Shown here piece by piece: positions 16,009-22,222 of a stretch of 24,000 bases of DNA. Under the pieces are notes generated by a model. That model searched no databases, was not told the DNA's origin, and worked only from the letters and a program-made list of their open reading frames with translations. A program made the translations under genes and the position numbers. How positions within the stretch are numbered: position 1 is the stretch's first letter; each line of letters starts with the position of its first letter. The DNA is from an uncultured delta proteobacterium (lineage in GTDB: Bacteria; Desulfobacterota; Desulfovibrionia; Desulfovibrionales; Desulfovibrionaceae): assembly GCA_903835685.1 (NCBI GenBank), contig CAILNX010000062.1, positions 4,204-28,203 of the forward strand. Direction: 5' to 3'.

Positions 16009-16153
16009 GTCGGCGTACTCCGTTTGACCGCCCCGAAACGAAGAAAAAATCCTGAAAAATTGTTTTAAACAGTTGGAATGGCAGGATGCCAATGGCTTGC
16101 GCTTTGGTTGCACCTATATTATAAAGGGTTATAAACTGTTACTCGGTTTCTAG

Positions 16154-16182
16154 TTGACAGTGGACCGAAATTAATTTAGAAA
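16154..16182 (+). promoter_or_regulatory. Sigma-70-like promoter candidate for the CI-like regulator
   Basis: TTGACA (16154-16159), 17-nt spacer, TAGAAA (16177-16182), within a low-GC intergenic stretch. Confidence 0.3.
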
Positions 16183-16192
16183 GTGAACTACC

Positions 16193-16271
16193 CCGCAGCA
16201 AGCTGCGGAGCATCAAAGGCATAAGGCCCAGAACAGACTCCTCAAACCAAGAGTAAACGAAGCGAGCTTCG
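16193..16271 (+). promoter_or_regulatory. Pair of related palindromes (candidate operators or RNA hairpins) in the leader of the CI-like regulator
   Basis: CCGCAGC-AA-GCTGCGG at 16193-16208 and CGAAGC-GA-GCTTCG at 16258-16271. Centres are 64 bp apart. Flanks are similar: AGTGAAC or AGTAAAC upstream, AGCATCAA or AGGAATCAA downstream. Confidence 0.4.
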
Positions 16272-16350
16272 AGGAATCAACCCGCAGTGATTGAATATAG
16301 TTTGTTACATTTGTGTAAAGGGTGAATCTGCAACCAGGGGGGAGGGTCCC

Positions 16351-17037
16351 TTGCTTCCAGCACATGCCTTTGAACAGGCCATCGAGCGCATCAAAAAGGC
16401 CACCCGGACCCGGACCCAGATCGAACTGGCCGAGGTCCTGGGCATCCGTCAATCGAGCATCTCCGATGCCAAGCGCCGCCAGTCCATCCCGGCCGACTGG
16501 CTCATCAAGCTGTACCGAAAGCTCGGGCTCAACCCGGACTGGGTCCTGGACGGGGGGCTGCCGGTCTATCTGCGACACTGCGAAACCCAGGTTCCCGAGG
16601 CCGAGCTGGGGGTCTACCCGGACCCGCAGGGTTCCGGCTTGAGCCGCTCCCGGCTGGTTCCGGCCTATGCCTCGGGCGGGGCCTTTGAGCAGGGCCGCTT
16701 CGTGAGCCAGGCCACCTTTCAGGTGTCCATCCCGGAAAGCCGCTGGGCCTCCTCTCTCCTGCTCATCGTGAACCAGGGCAGCGGCATGGAGCCCATCATC
16801 CGGCGCGGGGCCCTGGTCGGGGTGGACACGGACCAGACCCGGCCCACGGCCGGGGACGTGGCCGCCGTGTACCACGCCCAGCAGGGGGTCTATTTCCGGC
16901 GCATCTTCTTCGATCCCGAGGACAATGTCTATATCCTGCGCGCCGAGGACGGCCCCCATCCCGAGCAGGTCATCCCGGCTGACGCCCCGGACCAGCCCTT
17001 TGTGGGCAAGGTGGCCTGGGTCTGGCAGGAACTGTAG
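16351..17037 (+). CDS. CI-like HTH transcriptional regulator with a degenerate (Ser/Lys-less) S24 peptidase-like C-terminal domain
   Basis: Phage CI-repressor-type HTH (TQIELAEVLGIRQSSISDAKRRQSIPADWLIKLYRKLGLNPDWVL). C-terminal S24-like fold (NQGSGMEPIIRRGALVGVD ... GVYFRRIFF). No in-frame ATG exists near the 5' end. The TTG at 16351 is preceded by GGGGGGAGGG. Confidence 0.75.
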   Translation: MLPAHAFEQAIERIKKATRTRTQIELAEVLGIRQSSISDAKRRQSIPADWLIKLYRKLGLNPDWVLDGGLPVYLRHCETQVPEAELGVYPDPQGSGLSRSRLVPAYASGGAFEQGRFVSQATFQVSIPESRWASSLLLIVNQGSGMEPIIRRGALVGVDTDQTRPTAGDVAAVYHAQQGVYFRRIFFDPEDNVYILRAEDGPHPEQVIPADAPDQPFVGKVAWVWQEL

Positions 17038-17047
17038 ACCGGCCATG

Positions 17048-17081
17048 AAAAAAGGCGGCCCTATTCGGAGTCGCCTTTTTT
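17048..17081. terminator. Bidirectional-looking terminator hairpin between the CI-like gene and pheT
   Basis: AAAAAAGGCG (17048-17057), 14-nt loop, CGCCTTTTTT (17072-17081). Confidence 0.6.
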
Positions 17082-17143
17082 GAGGACACCATCGCGCCGA
17101 GCTAGGCGCATAGGGCGTTCCCGAAGTATGATCGACCAGGAGT

Positions 17144-17172
17144 GAAGAATAAGAACAATTCTTTCTTATTCT
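17144..17172. repeat. AT-rich palindromic intergenic repeat, copy 2 (contains GAAGAATAAGAA)
   Basis: GAAGAATAAGAA-CAATTCT-TTCTTATTCT. The 10-bp arms are at 17146-17155 and 17163-17172. It lies about 40 nt downstream of the pheT stop. Confidence 0.8.
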
Positions 17173-17213
17173 CGCGCGCCGTTGAAAGACGCGGGCACTC
17201 CTGGCACGCGGCT

Positions 17214-19619
17214 CTAGAATCCCACTCCCAATTTGTCCTTGACCGCAGACAGGATGCGCTGGTGCTCCTTGTCCACTTCCTTGTCCTTCAAGGTCCGCTC
17301 CGTGTGGCGGTAGGTGAAGCGGAAGGACAGGTTGCGCTGGTCCGGGTTGTCCTCCGGGAAGAACACGGCCACCAGCCTCACCTCCGTGAGCAGCGGGGCG
17401 CGTAAGCCTGCCAGGGCGGTCTCGACCTCGGCCACGGGCAGGGCGGCCGGGCAGAAGAAGGTGCTGTCCCGGCGCACGGGCGGGAGCACCGGGAGCTTGG
17501 CGAATACGATCTTGCGCTGGGCCTTGAACTGGGCCAGGAGGTCGGCATTGAGTTCGGCCACCCAGACCTCCTTGCGGGCCTGGTACAGGTCCGCGATGTC
17601 CGCCTTGACCCGGCCGATCTCGCCCAAGTCCCGGCCGTCCAGGACCACCCGGACCCGGGGCTCCAGGTAGGGATGATCGCGGTCCAAAACATAGTCGGCC
17701 CGGCCGAGTTTCATCTCCTCCAGGAGATGCTCCACCGCGCCCTTTAAGTCCTGATAGTCCGCCGACTGGTCCTTGGCTTCTTCGGACCAGGGCCAGGTCT
17801 CGGCCCGGCGCGGCCCGTGCAGGAGCAGGCCCAGGGTGTTGGTCTCCAATGCGCCGGTCTCGGAACCCGGGTCAGCGGCAAAGGTCTTGGCCACCTCGAA
17901 GACGCGCAGGGCCACGTTGCCCTGGGACACGTTCTGGCGAAGAGTGTGCAAAAGGCCCGGGGCCAGCCGGGTGCGCAGCACGTTCTGGTCCTCGGACAGG
18001 GGGTTGGCGATGTATACCCGCCCCTCGGCCGGAAGATGCAGGGCGTCTAAGTCTTGGTTGCCCACGAAACTGTAGTTCACTGCCTCGCGAAAGCCCGCGG
18101 ACACGCCCCAGGCCTTCAAGCTCTGGAGGAACCCGAACTGGGTGTCCGAGGTGGGCTTGGCCTGGCTGGACTTGGACACCCGGGGGATCACCGAAGGAAT
18201 GCGGTCCACCCCGTAGAGCCGGGCGGCCTCCTCGATCAGGTCCACCTCCCGCTCCAGGTCCAGCCGCCAGGACGGGGCCGTGACCTGCCAGGTTGCGGCA
18301 GCCGTATCCACCAGGCAGCCCAGGCTGGTCAGGGCGTCGCGGCAGAAGTCCGGGGTCAGGTCCAGGCCCAAAAGGCTGACGCAGCGCTCGGTGCGGAAGG
18401 GGATGATCCGCTTGACCCAGGGATTGGGCTCGGCCTGGGCCAAGCCGGAAAGCACGGTCCCGCCGGACAGTTCGGCCAGAAGTTGCGCGCCCCGTTCCAG
18501 GGCCAGGCGGGAGCCCACCTGATCCACCCCGCGCTCGAAGCGGTAGCTGGCTTCCGAGGGTAGGCCCAGGCGGCGGGCGGTCTTGCGGATGGTCCCGGGC
18601 CGAAACACTGCGCATTCCAGGAGCACGTCCGTGGTGGCCTCACTGATTTCGGTTTCGGCCCCGCCCATGACCCCGGCCAGGGCCACGGCCTTGGCCCCGT
18701 CCCAGATGAGCAGGTCCGAGGGGAGCAGGCTGCGCTCCTGGTTGTCCAGGGTGGTGAATTTCTGGCCGTCCGAGGCCGGGGCCACCCGGATCTTTCCGCC
18801 TTGCAGGAGGCTTAAGTCAAAGGCGTGCTGGGGCTGGCCCAGTTCCATCATGATGAAATTCGTGGCGTCCACCACATTGCTGATGGGCCGCAGTCCCACG
18901 GACAGGAGCCGGTAACGCAAGGCGGCCGGGCTGGGGGCGATTTTCACCCCCCGGATGATCCGGGCCATGTACAGGGGGCAGAGTTCGCCGTCGGCAATGT
19001 CGATGGTCATGAGGTCGGCGGCGCGCTCGCTGCTCTCAATGACCTTGGCCACAGGCAGGGTGAGGGGCAGGCCGAAGGCGGCCGCTGTCTCCCGGGCCAG
19101 GCCCAGGACGCTCAGGCAGTCGGCCCGGTTGGGCGTGAGGCTCACGTTCAAGACCACGGTCTCCAGGTCCAAAGCCTCGATGAGCCCGGTGCCCGGGATC
19201 AGACCGGCGTCCAGGACCATGATGCCCGAGTGGTCCTCGGACAGGCCAAGCTCCCGCTCGGAGCAGATCATCCCGTGGGAGGGGACCCCGCGCAGCTTGG
19301 CCTTCTTGATCTCCATGCCGTCGGGCATGCGGCTCCCCACCAGGGCCACCGGGACCTTCTGGCCCTTGGCCACGTTGGGCGCGCCGCACACGATGTCCAG
19401 GACCTCGCTGCCCACGTCCACCCGGCAGACCGAGAGCTTCTCAGCCTCGGGATGACGGCCGCACTCCACCACATGGCCCACGACCATGCCGGATAACGCG
19501 GCGAAAGGACGGGATATCTCCTCCACCTCGTTGCCCAGCATGGTCAGCTTTTCGGCCAGGGCCTCGGGCGTGCCCGCATAGGGGGTGAACTCGCGGAGCC
19601 ATTTGAGACTGAGCAGCAT
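17214..19619 (-). CDS. pheT: Phenylalanine--tRNA ligase beta subunit
   Basis: Start taken at MLLSLKWLREF (canonical PheT N-terminus), with GGAGGG upstream. About 800 aa, including the tRNA-binding, B3/4, B5 and FDX-ACB regions expected for PheT. Confidence 0.95.
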   Translation of the reverse strand: MLLSLKWLREFTPYAGTPEALAEKLTMLGNEVEEISRPFAALSGMVVGHVVECGRHPEAEKLSVCRVDVGSEVLDIVCGAPNVAKGQKVPVALVGSRMPDGMEIKKAKLRGVPSHGMICSERELGLSEDHSGIMVLDAGLIPGTGLIEALDLETVVLNVSLTPNRADCLSVLGLARETAAAFGLPLTLPVAKVIESSERAADLMTIDIADGELCPLYMARIIRGVKIAPSPAALRYRLLSVGLRPISNVVDATNFIMMELGQPQHAFDLSLLQGGKIRVAPASDGQKFTTLDNQERSLLPSDLLIWDGAKAVALAGVMGGAETEISEATTDVLLECAVFRPGTIRKTARRLGLPSEASYRFERGVDQVGSRLALERGAQLLAELSGGTVLSGLAQAEPNPWVKRIIPFRTERCVSLLGLDLTPDFCRDALTSLGCLVDTAAATWQVTAPSWRLDLEREVDLIEEAARLYGVDRIPSVIPRVSKSSQAKPTSDTQFGFLQSLKAWGVSAGFREAVNYSFVGNQDLDALHLPAEGRVYIANPLSEDQNVLRTRLAPGLLHTLRQNVSQGNVALRVFEVAKTFAADPGSETGALETNTLGLLLHGPRRAETWPWSEEAKDQSADYQDLKGAVEHLLEEMKLGRADYVLDRDHPYLEPRVRVVLDGRDLGEIGRVKADIADLYQARKEVWVAELNADLLAQFKAQRKIVFAKLPVLPPVRRDSTFFCPAALPVAEVETALAGLRAPLLTEVRLVAVFFPEDNPDQRNLSFRFTYRHTERTLKDKEVDKEHQRILSAVKDKLGVGF

Positions 19620-19630
19620 GGAAGCCCTCC

Positions 19631-19669
19631 GAAAAAAGGCCGGGCGGGTGATGTCTCCCAACCCGGCCT
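19631..19669 (-). terminator. Intrinsic-terminator-like hairpin directly abutting the pheT ribosome-binding site
   Basis: On the minus strand: AGGCCGGG, 17-nt partly paired loop, CCCGGCCT (19637-19644 with 19662-19669), then TTTTTT, then CGGAGGGCTTCC-ATG (pheT). Confidence 0.55.
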
Positions 19670-19765
19670 GGTAGTTTGGCGCAAAGGCCCAGGGATGGGC
19701 CGATTTCTTTACATCACGGGGTCCGCTTCTCGTTCAAGGCACATCTGCTGGTGCGAACCAGAAAC

Positions 19766-19800
19766 AAGAAAAACAATGAATTTTTTTAAATTCTTTTCTT
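19766..19800. repeat. Degenerate AT-rich palindrome related to the GAAGAATAAGAA family
   Basis: AAGAAAAACAATGAATTTTTTTAAATTCTTTTCTT. The core GAATTT-TTTT-AAATTC is perfect. The outer AAGAAAA/TTTTCTT arms are interrupted by a 5-nt bulge. Confidence 0.4.
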
Positions 19801-19847
19801 TTTTTTGGCGGTTCCAGGAAGCAAACGCCACGACTTAAAACGTCCGG

Positions 19848-20897
19848 CTAAGAAAACTGCTCCAGAAAGCGCACGTCGTTCTCGAAAAACATGCGCAGGT
19901 CGCCGATTCCGTACTTCAGCATGGCCACCCGCTCCACGCCCAGACCAAAGGCGAAGCCGGTGTAGACATCCGGGTCGTAGCCCACGGCCTTGAACACGTT
20001 GGGATCGACCATGCCGCAGCCCAGGATTTCCACCCAGCCCGTGGTTTTGCACACCCGGCAGGGCGCGCCAGCGATGGCCCCGGTCCCGCCACAGAGCACG
20101 CAGGAGATGTCCACCTCGGCCGAGGGCTCGGTAAAGGGGAAGAAGCTGGGCCGGAAGCGGACCTTGACGCTCGCACCGAAGAGCTGCTGCACGAAGCTGG
20201 TCAGGGTGCCCCGCAGTTCGGCCATGCTCACCTGGTGGTCCACCAGCAGCCCCTCGATCTGATGAAACATGGGGGTGTGGGTCAGATCCGAGTCCCGGCG
20301 ATAGACCTTGCCCGGCGCGATGACCGCCAGGGGGGGCTTGCCGGACATCATGGAGCGGACCTGGAGCGGGGAGGTGTGGGTGCGCAGCACAATGGACTCG
20401 GACACGTACAGGGTGTCCTGCATGTCCCGGGCCGGGTGCTCGGGCGGGATGTTCAGGGCCTCGAAGTTGTACCAGTCGTTCTCCACCTCGGGGCCGGAAA
20501 CGACTTCGAAACCGAGGCCGGTGAACACCTCGCAGATCTCCTGGGTGACCAGGGTCACCGGGTGCAGGGAGCCCGGATAGGGCCTGCGTCCGGGGAGCGA
20601 GGGGTCGAAGCGGGACAGCTCGGCGTTGGCCTCGGCCCGGTTCAGGGCCGTTCGACGGGCGTCAATGGCCTCGGAAAAAAAATTCTTCCAATAATTGGCG
20701 TTTTTGCCCGCCGTTCCCCGATCCGCCGGGGGCAAGGCCGTCAGTGTGTCGAGAATGGCGGCAAGTTTCCCTTTCCTCCCAAGGAATTCAACCTTGAAGG
20801 ATTCCAGGTCATCAAGCGAAGCGACTTGGCCGATCCTCTCTTCAAAGGATCGGCCAAGAATATTCAATTCACCGACGAAAGCTTCTATGCCGGTCAT
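19848..20897 (-). CDS. pheS: Phenylalanine--tRNA ligase alpha subunit
   Basis: 349 aa. Class II aaRS motifs ([39 protein letters not shown]) are present. Confidence 0.95.
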   Translation of the reverse strand: MTGIEAFVGELNILGRSFEERIGQVASLDDLESFKVEFLGRKGKLAAILDTLTALPPADRGTAGKNANYWKNFFSEAIDARRTALNRAEANAELSRFDPSLPGRRPYPGSLHPVTLVTQEICEVFTGLGFEVVSGPEVENDWYNFEALNIPPEHPARDMQDTLYVSESIVLRTHTSPLQVRSMMSGKPPLAVIAPGKVYRRDSDLTHTPMFHQIEGLLVDHQVSMAELRGTLTSFVQQLFGASVKVRFRPSFFPFTEPSAEVDISCVLCGGTGAIAGAPCRVCKTTGWVEILGCGMVDPNVFKAVGYDPDVYTGFAFGLGVERVAMLKYGIGDLRMFFENDVRFLEQFS

Positions 20898-20946
20898 GGC
20901 CGGCCCCCCCTAGAGTTGCGGTCCCCAAACACGATCAACCAAGGAA

Positions 20947-20976
20947 GAAGAATAAGAAAAATTATTTCTTATTCTT
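20947..20976. repeat. AT-rich palindromic intergenic repeat, copy 3 (contains GAAGAATAAGAA)
   Basis: GAAGAATAAGAAA-AATTA-TTTCTTATTCTT. The 12-bp arms are at 20948-20959 and 20965-20976. It lies between the rplT stop and the pheS start. Confidence 0.8.
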
Positions 20977-21016
20977 GCAACCTTGCGAAAGACGCCGCCA
21001 ATTCCGGGACGCGACA

Positions 21017-21370
21017 CTAGGCGATCTGGGCTTTTGCCGTCTCGGCCAGCTTGGCGAAGCCGTCCTTGTCCCGCACGGCCATGTCGGCCATGACCTTGCG
21101 GTCCAGCAGGACCCCGGCCTTCTGCAGGCCGAAGATGAACCGGCTGTAGGACAGGCCCTGTTCCCGGGCTGCGGCGTTGATGCGCAGAATCCACAGCTTG
21201 CGGAACTCGCGCTTGCGCACCTTGCGGTCGCGGAAGGCGTAGACCAGGCCGTGCTCCACGCGCTCGCGCGCGGTGCGGTACAGGCGGCTGCCGGCGCCCC
21301 GGTAGCCCTTGGCCATCTTCAGATATTTCTTGTGCCGCTTTTTGGCGGCCATGCCTCTTTTCACTCTCAT
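21017..21370 (-). CDS. rplT: 50S ribosomal protein L20
   Basis: 117 aa. [34 protein letters not shown]... is a canonical L20 sequence. Confidence 0.95.
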   Translation of the reverse strand: MRVKRGMAAKKRHKKYLKMAKGYRGAGSRLYRTARERVEHGLVYAFRDRKVRKREFRKLWILRINAAAREQGLSYSRFIFGLQKAGVLLDRKVMADMAVRDKDGFAKLAETAKAQIA

Positions 21371-21383
21371 GACGAACCTCCAG

Positions 21384-21425
21384 GAAAAAATGGACGCTTC
21401 AGGCGGTTAAAGGCCGAAAGCGTCC
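21384..21425 (-). terminator. Terminator/attenuator-like hairpin between rpmI and rplT
   Basis: On the minus strand: GGACGCTT (pairs 21418-21425 with 21392-21399), 18-nt loop, AAGCGTCC, then ATTTTTT, then CCTGGAGGTTCGTC-ATG (rplT). Confidence 0.5.
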
Positions 21426-21440
21426 GCGAAAAACGTCTCT

Positions 21441-21638
21441 CTACGCGTAAGGAAGAAGGGCGCACACCGCGCGTTCGTTGGCCGAGTCCACGAAGGTGGT
21501 CTCGCCCAGGCGGTTCTTGCGCTTGGCGCTCTTCTTGGTCAGGATGTGGCGCAGGCCCTGACGGCGGCGCTTGAACTTGCCGCTGCCGGTGCGGGAAAAG
21601 CGCTTGGCCGCGCTGCGGTTGGTCTTCATCTTGGGCAT
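21441..21638 (-). CDS. rpmI: 50S ribosomal protein L35
   Basis: 65 aa. MPKMKTNRSAAKRFSRTGSGKFKRRRQGLRHILTKKS is a canonical L35 sequence. AAGGAGAATAAC-ATG overlaps the infC stop. Confidence 0.95.
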   Translation of the reverse strand: MPKMKTNRSAAKRFSRTGSGKFKRRRQGLRHILTKKSAKRKNRLGETTFVDSANERAVCALLPYA

Positions 21639-21639
21639 G

Positions 21640-22197
21640 TTATTCTCCTTGCTTGCCGGGAGCCCCGGCGTCCCGGGCCGGAGCCGGGGGTGTTTCTTTC
21701 ACTTTCTTGACCGTGGGCACGAGCATCATGTTCACGGTGCGGCCTTCGGGCTGGGGCGGCTGATCCACCTTGGCGATGTCCAAGGTCTCCTGGATCACCC
21801 GTTCCAGGACCAACAGGCCCCGGTCCTTGTGCACGATCTCCCGGCCCCTGAAAAACACAGTGACCTTGCAGCGGTCTCCTTCCTCCAGGAAGCGGCGGAT
21901 GTGGCGCAGCTTGGTCTGGAAGTCGTGGTCGTCGGTTTTGGGCCGGAACTTGACTTCCTTTATCTGGATGACGGTCTGTTTCTTCTTGGCTTCCTGCTGG
22001 CGCTTCTGCTGCTGGTACTTGTACTTGCCGAAATCCATGATCCGGCACACGGGCGGATCAGCCTTGTCGGCCACCTCCACCAGGTCCAGACCCTTTTCCC
22101 TGGCAACGCGCAGCGCCTCGGCGGTGGGCATGATGCCGAGCTGTTCTCCTTCCTCGTCAATGACCCGAACATCGGGGACGCGGATGCGCTCGTTGAT
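21640..22197 (-). CDS. infC: Translation initiation factor IF-3, with a non-AUG start (AUC at 22197 preferred, AUA at 22251 possible)
   Basis: The conserved IF3 N-domain sequence INERIRVPDVRVIDEEGEQLGI lies upstream of the ORF-track ATG (22131). No ATG, GTG or TTG is in frame between the upstream stop and that domain. AAGGAGG lies 4 nt before the ATC at 22197. Confidence 0.9.
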   Translation of the reverse strand: MNERIRVPDVRVIDEEGEQLGIMPTAEALRVAREKGLDLVEVADKADPPVCRIMDFGKYKYQQQKRQQEAKKKQTVIQIKEVKFRPKTDDHDFQTKLRHIRRFLEEGDRCKVTVFFRGREIVHKDRGLLVLERVIQETLDIAKVDQPPQPEGRTVNMMLVPTVKKVKETPPAPARDAGAPGKQGE

Positions 22198-22222
22198 CCG
22201 GCCTCCTTCGTCCCTGCGTTCT

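Noticed and set aside
17202-17216. TGGCAC, which resembles a sigma-54 -24 element
   Set aside because: The required -12 element is missing: the sequence reads TGGCAC-GCGGC-TCTA instead of TTGC. The site also overlaps the 3' end of pheT with no downstream gene to drive. Other TGGCA-containing sites (about 14352, about 16078) also lack a correctly spaced TTGC.
20898-21016. A pheM-like Phe-rich leader peptide or T-box riboswitch upstream of pheS (also checked in 19620-19847)
   Set aside because: No AUG-initiated small ORF enriched in Phe codons was found. The region is too short for a T-box, and I saw no T-box-like conserved sequence. The only small ORF in the pheS-pheT spacer (MCLEREADPVM) has no Phe.
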